This document shows, in pieces, positions 9,892 to 23,166 of a DNA stretch of 41,022 nt (position 1 is the first letter of the stretch; each line of letters opens with the position of its first letter). The stretch covers positions 62,001 to 103,022 of the forward strand of contig JYFJ02000886.1 in the NCBI GenBank assembly GCA_000934665.2, in the 5' to 3' direction. The notes beneath the pieces are model-generated. The model ran no database searches and had not been told where the DNA came from. It saw only the letters and a list, made by a program, of their open reading frames with translations. Source of the stretch: Catajapyx aquilonaris (Eukaryota). Both the position numbers and the translations under genes were made by a program.

Positions 9892-10064
9892 CAGTGTTGG
9901 ACGTAAATCGAGGCATACTGCCAGCGACATTTTCCGAAGCGGCAGAAGAAGGAATCTTGCTCGCCCGGCTTGGAGTATCCTTATCTTCGATTCCTTCTTC
10001 TGCCGATTCGGAAAATGTCGCTAGCCACCAGTGCCTCGAATGCCTCGATTAATGTCCAACACTG
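9892..10064. mobile_element. Tc1-like hairpin MITE
   Basis: TA-CAGTGTTGGACGTAAATCGAGGCA ... TGCCTCGATTAATGTCCAACACTG-TA. Inner arms agcgacattttccgaagcggcagaagaaggaatc / gattccttcttctgccgattcggaaaatgtcgct. Confidence 0.88.
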
Positions 10065-12031
10065 TACCAATGCGTACCAACTATTGGCTTGTAATTTTTT
10101 TTGTACACTCCATGCGCGCCTTTCTACCAGCACAGGTCAATTTTTGTTCGATTACAGCAGAGCATTGTACCGGACAGTATCCCTTCACTAACTCGTAAGT
10201 AGCCAGGGATGAAGCACATTTCAATAACAAATAATGACAAATCCGTCATATATGGAAATCCTATCATTGATGTATAAATGATACACATTCACTACGTTAC
10301 GACTACCTCGTTGCATCGAAAGCGCCGATTTTAAATTAAACCGTTGCCATATAATACGGCAGTTTATTGTGGAGCCATCGTTTCGCGACTTGCTGAATGT
10401 TTTTTGGTGGCTGCCAATGGCAGAGGTGAGGTGGGTATGGCTTACAACACTGCCGATGGCGTCGCTTATTCAGGGTCTATTGCCTACCAATTAATGAAAT
10501 GGAGAGACAGCAGGCAAAGGGCAACTCGCCAAGTTTGTTCCTCTCAGACTGTTTTCCTCTACTTCTGCGCTGCTCAGTCTGTATCTTTCTTCCCTTGCCA
10601 AGCCTCTCAGATCAAAGTGAGTTCGGTGTAATACAGTGTGATCAAACTCGTATCTGAACTATACTTAGTGCATTGGCCAGAAAGAGTCGGAGAAGTCGTA
10701 AAGCACGGAAGATTTTCTTCTTCTGTAGTAGACTAATTTTAAGACATAAGCAGACAAGTAGCTTAAATTTCAAAAGTGGAGGTTACACAGTTGCGAAAAT
10801 TACTAACGTATAGTAGAGCTTGAAGAAATTTCAGAGAAACTTTTCTTTGAATACAGAATCGCTACGTTCTCTCTCTTTTCAAGCACTCCAGTTAGTCTTA
10901 AAGCCGATTATTTATTGTTGTTATTAAAGATGGTGTTTGGCAGAAGCATCATGTGCCTGATTCATCAACAAGAATAGGACTAGTCGTGTATAGGCCTACT
11001 TTTTAGAAACTGAGTGGCGCAAACACAAGGGGTAATTATTTTTATTACCGTACGTTCTTCCGTGTAGAGCACATGAAATTTTCATTAGTGTTACGGCATA
11101 GCGGAAGGCGAAGTGCTTCAAGTTTTGTCGAGATGCAGCATGCGGAAGTCAAGAAGGTAGTGCAGAAAATGGCTTCTGAGACCTAGACTACCCTTTTGTC
11201 GTCATTCCAAAAGTAGAGTGCTATACGAGAATGGCCGGCCAGTGGTTGTATAGGACAACAGCAAGATACGCTGCAGCCATGAGCCCAGAAGTATAGTTCA
11301 GATGGAACATTTTTTTATGTGTATTCCGATACCACAAACACTAGAAAAGCGCGAACAGTATTCTCAACGGGCAAAAGAGTATTCTGAGACTTGAATCATT
11401 AAAAAAATTGACAAAAAAAACTGGAAATGGCAGGAAAGGCAGTGGGCTCTAGTTGTAGGACCTAGGGGAAGCAAAATAAATGGAATCACGTTGCATGTGC
11501 ATACGCTCCATCTGGCCAAAAGCAATCCCGTTGGTTATGGACTTGATTTGGACTCTTCGAGGCCACTGCTTGGGGAAGCTGGATTTTGGAGGGTTCCCCC
11601 GTTGCATCCGCCCCTATGCAGCACGTAATGACCCCCATTGGAAGGACCTGATGAAGCCCGACAGAGTGAAAAGTTCTGGAGTGTTTACCTTGCCCGTTCC
11701 AAACCTCCCTACCAGCCCCCACCCCTCAACCAAGTCCGCCTGCTGAAGATCTATAGACTTCCTCCGGCCTATACATATCTTTTAAAATCTCCAGATCAGT
11801 CCATGTGTACTGCACTATTATAATGCTCGGGTCATATCCATAACGCAGTCGAGTACAGAAAATCTGGCTATATTCGATTTTCCAAATTTTGTTGTACGTT
11901 GAGGATATCAGCCATTCCCCAACGACATTTTATCGACTGACATATCCCAGTTTTACTTAATCTTGTGGAAAAATGGCTCTGCATTTGGTGCAATCTGACA
12001 ATCAAATTCTATTTAAAGTCTTCCGAATAAA

Positions 12032-12212
12032 GAGTGAGGCGGAGTGGAGCAGTGGTAACACCCGCGCCCACGGACAGTTCGATCCCAACCCGGGCTTTCC
12101 CTTTCTCATCTTGTGCGGAGCTTCTCTCCGGCTTCATCTAGGGTGGGATTTCTGGTAGACTAACCACCCAGGGAAATGCACTCAAATGGGCCCCTAACTA
12201 CACTGCACTTGG
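12032..12212 (+). mobile_element. SINE family S2, diverged copy 2
   Basis: A box TGGAGCAGTGG and B box AGTTCGATCCC. cgcgcccacgga and ggcttc..gggtgg..agacta.ccaccc..cactgcacttg are shared with 4445-4650. Confidence 0.75.
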
Positions 12213-13644
12213 TCTCTTTCTCGATAGTGGGCTCGGCATCACACAAAATGTCGCAATATGTACTGCACACAGTCAAGATCAGGGCGGCATACCCTACTAG
12301 AGAGAGGTAAAAGTAGTGTACTATAGATTATTAAAGTTCACATAAATCATGAGAATTTCTGCAGAACTGGCTGTAAAACTGACGAGTCATTATAATTGGC
12401 TAATTGGCTCTCTTTCCTTCGCCTGACTGAAGTGTTTTCATTACACAAGACTCTAATGAACAAGGGAGAGACTAAATTCTGAAAACTCTATTACGATATT
12501 GGTATTTGGGTTACAGCACCTTTACTGTAGCAGATTTTCCTGAAATGCAATTACGTGGAGGTAATCTGACAGTTTGCCTTTTACTTTCCTTCTTACTCTC
12601 ATTAGCAAAAGTACGTGATATATTGGACAATGAAGGCAGTTGGGGCTACCGATAGATGAAGAATACTGAACGTGGTTGAGTGAAGAGGAAGCTCTTCGAA
12701 ACTCTTGGTCAAAATACGATAGCTGTCCTGGTTTTTCTTAGATTCTTTAACAGAGAAAATCCATCTGACCGGTCAGGATGTAGAAGGAATTAGCCGTGAG
12801 ATAATTAATCGGCCCAGTAAGACATCCGATCAATTGTAGATTTAAGAAAGGCGAAACAACGTAATCCTGCTAAATCCTTGTACAGACCCTTCGATTTTTA
12901 CCACTTTTTTGCAATATGCCGTGTAACTTTCCTCACCTACAGCACACACCAAGATAGAAGTCAACACAATCGTACATAGTCGAGTGACCCATTCCGACTC
13001 ACCAGAGTTCAATGGCTGAATCACTTTTCAAAGCATATACATTCCTGCCAGTCTATCACTTTCATTTCAGTGTTCTCATCCTAAACTAAAATTATGTTAC
13101 CTTTGACCCACATTTATTTATAATTTTTCAAAAATGTATGTCATAGTATGGAAGGTTTAGAAAATTGTTTCTAACAAGATAATGTTTGGGGAATTTTTCT
13201 CTCTCTCTCGTGGTATAATAGCCGCCGCGATAGGCCCTATGTAGATGGACATTGTGCACGCAAACCCACTGTAATTTTCAGGGCTTATTAATGGTGCAAG
13301 CTGTTCACATAAGTGATTTACTGATACATGTATTGCACGTACTTTCGCATCCCAGTTATTGGATATGATAGTGCAGTGAACCCCGTCCATGACAATGTGC
13401 AGGTATAGCTCCGAGAAGGTTGATGAGATTATAATGAAGTGAATAGATACATACAATATCATCTATGTACATGACTGCACGCTGGATTGGTTACTTGATG
13501 GTATCAGCCTCGCTAATTAACAGAAGCAAGAGCTCTCTTGCTGGAGCCGTCAGGTGTTCCTGCCACGATCTAATCACACAAACCGCCCATCTTCATGAGG
13601 CACACCTGTTGATGACTATCTTATGGTCCTCTGCTATATATGTA

Positions 13645-14045
13645 CATGGTGATCCAAAATACCTGTCCGAGTAATATGGATATTTGTTGGCACTAAGCTG
13701 CATATGTTTAGGTCGTTACTTTTGCCTAGTTGCTATCAAAAGTATTAGCTGCTAATATTAGGCCGAACTGATCCATTCCAGGGTATACCCATTCCAGTTC
13801 CGAAGTGCAGATATCCGATTAGGAATGGCCCATTGGAACAATTAGCATCACACTTCAATGACAACACACTGCTTGCTACAGCTTCTTGCAGGCTTTTAAA
13901 AAATGATTGGTACCTACCAAATATTAGCAGCTAATAATTTGATATACATTAAAAGTATGGAAAGGTAACTGCTACAAGTACAAAATAAGCAGGTTAGTAC
14001 CAACAAATAGCCATATTAGTCGGCGAAGCATTTTGGATCACATTG
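13645..14045. mobile_element. MITE family C, complete copy (mariner-like)
   Basis: TA-CATGGTGATCCAAAAT ... ATTTTGGATCACATTG-TA. Further inverted blocks taatatggatatttgttgg / ccaacaaatagccatatta and tattagctgctaatatt / aatattagcagctaata. Confidence 0.8.
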
Positions 14046-14130
14046 TATACAGCCAATGTAGATCATCACTATTCCGGCTTACGTGCATGACAACAAGTTT
14101 TTAGGATTTTTTTTCCTAGACCCTGGACAT

Positions 14131-14451
14131 AATGATGATGATGATGATATGGGTAGTGCTGACCTTCTCGGTATTGCGCGGACCTTTATTTATTTTGCTT
14201 TTTTTTACATGCGCTTATGTTTTCGTCGCAACAACGCCCTGGTCCACGGGCATATGGGGAAGGGGAGGTTCCCACCCTCATAGCACCAGACCCTTTCTCC
14301 TGGTCCTGGGCAGAGTATAGGGAGTGCGAGTCTGCCCGGACATGTCGGGTGAAAAACGGAAAAGGACCCGACCAAGGAGAGGTGACGGGGACGTGATTTG
14401 AACCCGGACCTCCCTCCTTGGCTAACCAGTAGCATAGCCATAGACCACCCT
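14131..14451 (-). mobile_element. tRNA-derived SINE (family S4) with (CAT)n tail
   Basis: Minus strand: TGGTCTATGG ... GGTTCAAATCA head, ending catatcatcatcatcatcatt. 14-bp TSD TAGACCCTGGACAT at 14117-14130 and 14452-14465. Confidence 0.88.
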
Positions 14452-17400
14452 TAGACCCTGGACATTCATGGGCAGATTTTTGAATCAGAAGGATAAAATA
14501 TCACATTCCCACATGGTGAAATGTGGTTTGGTTCATCATTTGCATACCAAAATTTGTTGAATATGCAATAGATAAACCTGAATAAAAATTACTTTTTGAC
14601 TAACTTGCAAAATTTGTTCGTGACACCATGTGGTTCTTCTGCGCCCAAAAATCCAGTGCATAATTTGTAATTCAGTGAATTTTTTCCATGTTCCGAGTGG
14701 AATTTTCACACTTGCCTAATACGTCAAAAATGACGGGGATAGTTAAGGTCATATCCAATTGAAAAATCGACTTCTTCCGTAAATCCAATTGACTGCCTAA
14801 TTCTTATAACACTATCTAAAAACTGCTTGTAACTTCGTACAAATCGTTTGTTGGAAAAATCTGCTTTTAAAAAATCTCCACTTATAAAGTTAGTACAGTA
14901 TACTTCAAAGTAGTCTCTCAAAAGTTAGGTGTAGGCCTACACTTTTCCCCATGTCTGAACAAGCTCTCCTACTTTGAAGAAACCCCGTTTGTTTCTTAAG
15001 TTTGTGGCTTGATCTGATCCAACCGAAGGATAGCATTTGGAAAGAAAAGCGCCGCACAGATTGTGGGAGTTTAGGGGTGGGGTGTGGGGAAGATTTAATG
15101 TAGTGCCAGAAAGAAGTCAAATGAACTCCGCGACGCCATTCGCTGGTATTGATCAAGGCAACGGATGCTACACACTTTCTTTTCTCTTCCCCCTTCCAAA
15201 AAAAAACTCACCCTATTCTCCCCTTTAATGCAAGACCGGGTCATCTCACAATTGATTTCCGTCATCCAATACTTGGGGCCAAAATGGATTCTCCTAGTGA
15301 TAACTGGAGGGGAGAAAAAGGGCATGCATAATACCCTTGGTATACCAATAACATTTAACATAATGCCAGGGAGTTCATGACCCAGACAACTTATCGAAAC
15401 TGAATTTCCGTAACTTTCTGTGCCTATGTTTTCAATAATATAATCTTTAAGCGTACTTTAAGCATGAAGCTCCTCTTATACGTAAGTTCATAGGAGTCCG
15501 GTGGGGTCGCCACAGGTTTAGCTCCTGAAGCAAAGCGCTATCAAGCGGCCACCTCCCGCAAACCACCCCATCAGACCCCAAAAGGCTTGCCCAAAGGCGA
15601 TAAGAGGAAATAAGAGGGGAGTGACCAGACCGTGCGAGAAGCAGAAAAGCCTGGCCTTATTGTAAAACAAGTACTGTACCGTAATAATAGTAGTTAGTAA
15701 TAACTGACCCAATCAAAACGTTCTATATTATGTCACCTTGATCAAATGGACCAGTTAACACAACATTATCTAACCTGTTAAAAATTCCTGCAAGCTTCCG
15801 CCTTCTGGGTCGAATTCAGCTGTTGTACTAACTCCAGAGGATTCACTGGACATGCACCGACACGGACTGTAGTAGCACATAGTAACAGGAACATGCTGCA
15901 CTGTCTTCATCCACACTATGCACAAAGCACACTGGGCTTTACCTTGGCCGACACTGCCAGGGTAACCTTCCATACACTACACACACACACACACGTTATG
16001 CAGTGTACGAATATCTCGCTCCATTTAACTAATTCACTGATAATCCCTGCTTGACTGCAGCTTAGATCCGAATAGTGCAGAAATACCATCCTTTTTTGAG
16101 GTTGTGAAATGTTCCTAACTATTTGGATGATTCATGTGGCATATCAAGTGGTTGTCGCTGTCGGGTGCCTGGGCACAATCGATTGCACTTCCCTTCGGCT
16201 TCTCGTACGCGTTGGACTGTTCATTGTATTTGCAATTTGCTCGTGGTCGTTGTGATGGTTTTCTGTCACCGCATAGTAATAGATATTACTGGTCCTCCAT
16301 TTGTGGTTATCCCTCATATCCATCTGTCTGCAACACATGGTATTTCCTGGAGCGCTGGCTAATAATTTGAACCTTTGTTGGTAAATGCCAGGCGAAGATC
16401 CACAATATTGTGGTCTTGAACCTGTACCAGGCATTCTATTATTATTATTTATCACTTGATTGGTGACAAAAGGTGGGGTATGGCATTTAACATTGCTAAA
16501 ACCAGGATGTGTAAATTTTCATCTGTGGCTTCGGGATAGAGATCACCTGCGTATATAAATTGAGGGGCCCGAAGAAAGAACCCGTTTTGATCAAAAGTGA
16601 GTTATTCATGGGATCCAGCGAAGAAAAATAATCCAAATAGTTTGGTCGAAAAATCAAGTGGATTTCAATTTTCCAGTGACTCGAGTAAGAGAAACAAGGG
16701 TCTGCCTAACGGTTTCGTTTGTGGATCTATCTGCACCTCTCGTAATGCAAAAATCATGCCAGACTTTTGCGTTGATAACAAAGTAATTTGACTTCAGAAT
16801 AATCCATGTAGCCTACCACCAACTTACAAAAAACACAATTAAAACTATTTACAGTCCAACCTGGTATATTCAGGTAGGGCCACATTTTTGATGCGAAGAC
16901 TTGTAATTTGCGGGTGTCACTGTCAATATTTGGAAAAGGTGAATCTTGCATGGACTTTTTTGCATAGACTTTTAACTAGATTTTTTTGCCATTGCCTGTA
17001 TAAATACTCGTAGTCCGATTTCCGTCTGTTTGCATCAACTGTGCTCACGCTTCCGAATGAAGGGGATTGCGGATTAAATACAGCAACTGCAATAATATCC
17101 AGTCGCAGGATGTACACTATAGCAAAATTGTCCATGTTCAAGCACCATTGGCAATCACGCCATTGAAATTTCACGATATACCATAATAGGCGGAAAGAGC
17201 AAATAATGCAATATAAACTAGTAGTTTCAAAAACTGGAATTAGCAGCAGTGTCCGGAATACCCAGAAGCACCATAAGCTCTACAACTACTGGATGAATAA
17301 AAAATAAACCATTAAACTACCGTAAACGGGATGGCTCATTTAGGCTGTAGAGTAATCCATATTTGACAGTGCAAAATGGACCGTCCCGACGGTGCAGTGA

Positions 17401-18808
17401 TACCATGGAGCAAATAATGCCCAATTCTCTCACTTGCATACAAAATGCTACATGCTACAAACCACACAATCATGGCATAAATCTCTTGCCATTATATATT
17501 TTTAAAAGCAAACCACCCACCCGTTGTTTCTCTAAAATACTTGCTGTCCTACACTCAATAACAATAGTCGAGTCATTCGAGTGCAATAGCTAGAATGGGT
17601 CCCTAAAACGAATGTAATTAGAGGCGGTGTGTTTATATTACGCAAGAACAAATTGGCTCATAGTGTCAAGCAATCAGAGCGGCTCGTTACAATAACTCTT
17701 TTTTTCCTGAAAACAACCTTGCTAGAGCGAACAAACAGCCTTCTCCTGTATGGTTTCGTGTATGACGATATTAATCACTTTTGTGTTGCGCGACATAAAT
17801 CTGCGCCTGCAAATCCGCTTTGGCCCGTAGTAGCACACCACCACTAATTCCGCGAGATTTCCAACTGGGCGATGCAGAGCTGCACTTGCTTTTCAGGCAA
17901 AGCACCTTTATTTCCCCATACCTAGCTAGGGACACAAGTCAATTGGAGCGCGAAATATGCCCCTGATGGAGTCGCTGCTGATAATGGCATCTAGCTTCGC
18001 GTGACAGGGCAACGTTGGGAGAGCACCGAAGCATCCACGCTAGATGACTTTGTCGAAATTGCATTAACATCACACCATGGCTGTGGATGGATGTAGGGGC
18101 GGGGAGGGCAGTTATTGCAGGAGAAGCATGCACTACTTCATTGTTGTACACCTACATGGGACTACTGGGAAATGAGTCATAACATGTTTTGCGCTTTCAC
18201 AACCACCCGTTTACCTCTATCTATAACAATGGTATCATTTCTCACTATTACTAGACAACAGCATGGTGATGTAACTATTGTAATCAACTTTGACGTGAGC
18301 CTTTTATATCGAGAAGCATGATATGATCTCCCACTACAGAATGCCAGGGAGAAATGCAATTCACGCTGTGGGAACATTTCAATATGGTCAAATCTCAGTT
18401 GTCAGTTTCTAAGAAAACGTTTTGCTTCTTCTTACGCCAAAAGCCATATCCACCCACAGTACCCGCCTTATCTGTATGTGACCCATTCCGGACAACCCAA
18501 CGCGAAAACAAGCTTAAAAACGCGGAATTGTCATGCCTTGCTTATATAACAATATTGCCGTCATATACCTTTCGTCAAATTTTTAACAAGTGACAATTAT
18601 TCCATACGTTGCAGAGTTTCATGCTGCCTTCAGATATGCCGGTGGACTCGTGAACCCAATAAACTCAGTAAAAACACCAAAATTTTCATATCGTTCTCTT
18701 GGTGCATTTTCTGCGACCTCGAATTATTTCACTCATTTTTCTTTTGAATATCTATGAGATTATGTACCGTAGACAGTGGCATAAAATTACACTCTGAACA
18801 GCGTAATA

Positions 18809-18893
18809 CAGTGAAATCTAATCTAGACTCGTCGTTTTTATCGCGACCACTGTGAAACGATGAATCCGGGAACAATAGATCGCGGTTTCACTG
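18809..18893. mobile_element. Tiny pogo/Tigger-like MITE, degraded
   Basis: TA-CAGTGAAATCTAATCTA ... TAGATCGCGGTTTCACTG-TA. Confidence 0.6.
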
Positions 18894-20754
18894 TAGTATA
18901 GTATATTCGTAAATAGTACTACAATATTACGCCAGAAACTGATTGATTTCGCAACACAGCTCAGACCTTAGTTGCGTCCCATTCTTAAAGTATTTCAATT
19001 AAACATTAGTAGCATCAAAACTAATCCGTCCACTCTTCCATACCTGATTCTTAATCTGTCTCTATCCGACGCTTTCAGGCCATTTCCACGAGAGTCAAGC
19101 CTTGAGTCCCACTCCTGGCGGACCTACTTGATTTCTCTAAATCCAGTGCGGATTATCCCCCTCCCCACCACCCCCAGTCTCCTCGTCTTCTCTTCCTCCC
19201 CACATCCTTCCCTACCCCTCCCTCCCCTCCTCCTTTGCGGCGCTGTCGGAAAGGAAGACCTAGCAACAACGCAACTTGTTCTTCTGGAGTTGCCAGCTTT
19301 CGTGCCAAAGTAAATACGGAGAAGAATTGGGCGCAATCTCCAACGATCCAGCCAAACTTGTTCGCTGCCTTCCAACATTTCTACTACCATAACCAATTCC
19401 ATCGATCAACTCAGGACTTATTTCTTACAGATGGCAATTATTTTGGATTAGACATGCACATTGTTGGACCAGTTACTGACTCGTCATTGTTTACTAATAT
19501 GTTGTACGACGAGTCACATTTCATTGATTTTGAGATATTAGAGTTTGAGGTCTGAAGATTGTATTGCCCCATATAGGTTTAAAAGTTTTCTAGGGGGCTA
19601 TAATTTTTAATATCAGAAATCTGACTTGACCATAAAATAGTAGCCATACCCTTCCTAGGCATAACTCAACTGATCGTTCAGTAGGTCAGGTCTTCATTTG
19701 TTTGATTTAATTTTTTTTTTAAATTGTCTGCCATGTTTCGAGCCTCATACAATGGCATATACAACTGATTTCAATTGATTTCTGTACAACGGGTTTATTG
19801 TCCTATGATTAAACTACTTATGTGAGCGGGATAAAATCATTTTTATATAGCTCATTAGTGTCACACTTGTTTGCTAGCTTTTTTCAGTAATGAAATCCCA
19901 GCCTCTATGCAACAAATGAGCTGCTAGTGTATAATTATATTGCCCATAGAAATGACAGTGGAGTTGCCAATTTACAGGTAGGATATTAATGTTTGCCTAA
20001 CTATGCTAAGATTATGTTATGGTTATATTAAATGGTTTCCACATGTTTGGTGTCATAATATCAGGAAAGATCTGCTTCCGTCTCTCAAGCGATCCACAAT
20101 GAAATACTGTACTATTGAGTACTGGCTAACATTTGCTTTGATTAAAGAGTAATAAGGGGGATTCTGCTCAGGAATACGAGAGGTACCTTTTCTAAATGAT
20201 GGATTACAAATACTGCTCATTAAATACCTTGCAGGGTAAAGGCCTACACTGGTGCAAAAACCTTCCAGAAACCCTGCTTCAACCTTCCGACCTGGGTAGT
20301 CGAATCGGAACAATACATATTTGCACAGATTTCCATTCTATTTCAGGCTCTGTACAATAATGTAATTTCATTAGAAATGTTAAAAGGTGATGCCAATAAA
20401 AGACAGAGAGACTGATAACTCTTTGAAGGCTTATATGTACGTACCTATATATTTTTTGAAAATATGCTCACGGTATAGTTTTCCGGGAGAAATGTTGGTG
20501 TCTCTCGTAATAATACTACCTGCGTTCTGCATCACATCCTGCAGCTAGGCCTTACACAGTCGGCCGCGTACAGTACATTTCAGTATTATGAGGGAAGCAA
20601 CCACACCTTCCTGTGAGCTTAATATCCATGTACTGTACAGTTCGGATTCCACATGACTGTCTTCTAGGCACAGCAGTCTGCTCCCCTTCCTCATCAGGCA
20701 GGCTTATGGTTTGACATGTGGCAGTGCACTATCCAAGTAGAGCCTATCAGGATT

Positions 20755-20771
20755 AGCAGCAGCAGCAGCAG

Positions 20772-20804
<33 letters not shown>

Positions 20805-20825
20805 TTATTTTTGATGATGATGATG

Positions 20826-20878
<53 letters not shown>

Positions 20879-20928
20879 GTTATTGCTGCTGCTGCTGTTG
20901 TTGTGATGCATTTATTTATTATTTATTT
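20755..20928. repeat. Compound microsatellite (AGC)(GTT)(GAT)(ATT)(GCT)(GTT)(ATTT)
   Basis: Read directly. Confidence 0.95.
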
Positions 20929-21059
20929 AATAATTGTGTGCCCATTACGGCACTACATTCTCCTCTACTAACTGTACTTAATAATATATTATTGTATAAA
21001 AGTATGCCAAAAAGAATGATAGGTCGCAAAATGTTGCGTAATAAAGGTAAACTACAATA

Positions 21060-21141
21060 CAGTAAAACCTCGATATAACGCTCTTCAAGGGACAGCCCAA
21101 AAGTAGCGTTATATGCGGGAGCCTTATATCGAGGTTTACTG
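21060..21141. mobile_element. Tiny pogo/Tigger-like MITE
   Basis: TA-CAGTAAAACCTCGATATAA ... TTATATCGAGGTTTACTG-TA, with an internal TIR-like repeat gcgttatat. Confidence 0.85.
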
Positions 21142-23021
21142 TAGTTCTGTAGGATTCGCGAATAAAATAGTATAATTCTGTCAGTTATTACACCTTATTG
21201 TGTACATGATATCGTATAAATTCAACAATTTATGATAAAATAATAATTTTCATGCTCGATTTTATATGGCTTCACCTAGTAGCCTGACGGCTGTGAATTT
21301 TCAAATTGATATTATCAGCTGCCCATAAGGCTCCCGGCCTAATTCTTGGATTAAAAGAAAGCCACTTTGGGCTCATCGCCTCAACCCAATACCCCAAATC
21401 AATTACGTTGATCCCTTAAAATTATGCAGCACCGAATTATGCCTGTGAGGAAAAATTATATCACATGTAGGCTACTTATATCGTCGCACTACATTTGGAT
21501 GAATCTAAACATAATTATTATTTCAAATATATTATAATTATAATTTAATTTTGCGAAGTTGCAATCAAATGTGTCATAGAGTTTGCAATTCTGAGATTTA
21601 AAATTCCGAGCTTTTTTTTGCCAACCCGTCATTGTATTCAATTGCACACTTTACCATTCGCATACCTTGAAAACAACTGCCAAGAATGTAATCTACGCAA
21701 AGACACACGCCTATTATAATATAGAATACATCGCCTTCCTGGCCTGCTAGCTTTGTGGGGGAGCTCTCTGGTGGTTATAAAGAGGCCATTGTGTGAGTAT
21801 GAGCGATAGCTGCGCAACGCCCCTAAAGAACAAAACAAATGATTCCAATAGGAGCAAAATAATACTGCAACAGTAACGTGTAGGTCTGAATGAGGCTATA
21901 CGGAGCTCTGATCTGCTTCTCTCAAAGCAGACTGATCCTCTGGAGGCACGATGGGAAAGCCAAGCGGAGATAAGAGGCAATTAAAGTACCGCGTACTACC
22001 ACCGAATGATTATGACCGACTTGGGTCTACTGATTATGTGTAATAGGCAGGTCAGGGAATCCTATAATAGGCTGGGCGGAGAGAACAAGTGTTTTTCTAA
22101 GCATTGTTCTGCCACCTCTGTGCCGCCAGCCCCGCAGCTGGGATATATGAAAAGGCCGGTATTCCAGTCCGGAATCATTTTCTACGACTGGCTAATACAT
22201 GCTAAATAATGGTGGTCATCAAATACCCACAGGTTGTGCGTTATTAAGCTTCTAGAGGAGCTATAATGGATGGAGAAGTGCTAAAGGAACTTTGGTCGTA
22301 ATTGGTATGTAGTCGTTATCACATAATATGACAGGTTCTGATTGGTGTGCAATAATTTGAAATCACTGCAGTGAATGTGGCTAGCAAATGAAGTCGATTA
22401 AATTTGTCAACAGCCAGTTGAGTACAGTTGTAATGACACATTACAACTTTTTGTATAAACACAACAACGGCTGTAATATTTCATTTCAACTGCACATCAT
22501 TTTGAAATTAATGTAATGATACAGTAGGCCTATTTAATAAGCATTAGGTTGTGATCAAGGTGTGGTAATAAGCTATAACTTTGAAGTAAAGTAAAAAGGT
22601 AGGTGATTACAGAAATATTCAGTGCAATGAAAAGTGGCGCAAAGTAATTCCGAAGAAAATCCAGAAGTGACTTACTCAAGGACGAACTCAATAATTTTGA
22701 AAAAGATGCAAAAGTTCTATAACAGAAGTTTTTCAATAACAGAAAATGGCAACTCTAAATTACTTCAAAGCCGTTTTCAAATAGTTCTAATTCTCGGTCG
22801 TGAGATTGGGTAAAATGGTTTTTCATCATGATTCTGACAGCCATTTTGGGAAGGTTGTATTAGTTAATATCTCCGATTAGCTCCTGAATAGCTATTCATA
22901 ATCGGAGATTTTCATTAATTTGCTTTCATAAAACCGACCCTTAATAAGACAGGTATGAACGCACATTTTCTAAAATCTCCTGTTAAATCTCCCCTAAATT
23001 GTAAATCACATTTATTAGGTA

Positions 23022-23166
23022 CTATATGTGGCTCAAATTGTTTTGGCCACTTTATCCTCGTCGTGAAGCAACCCTTCACACACACACACACTTCCTCACC
23101 GTGGGGCCTGTGCGAAGGGTTGCTCAAGACCAGGCTAATGTGACCAAAAGAATTTGAGCCCCATAG
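23022..23166. mobile_element. MITE family A, copy 2
   Basis: Homologous to 1388-1529 with the spacer in the opposite orientation, and to 34239-34380. TA/GTAC flanks. Confidence 0.9.

Noticed and set aside
15400..15670. Solo LTR or HDV-like ribozyme
   Set aside because: No TG...CA pair with a TSD could be defined, and I could not build the nested double pseudoknot.
15770..15980. Minus-strand two-exon fragment with a short GT-AG intron
   Set aside because: Splice signals are plausible, but the translations match nothing I recognise. It is unsupported without RNA data.
16430..17200. Reverse-transcriptase remnant (ILKSNYFVINAK; YLDY/FFFAG) on the minus strand
   Set aside because: The short matches point to different clades (Penelope, DIRS, L1) and no YxDD is intact. 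Too weak to call without a protein search.
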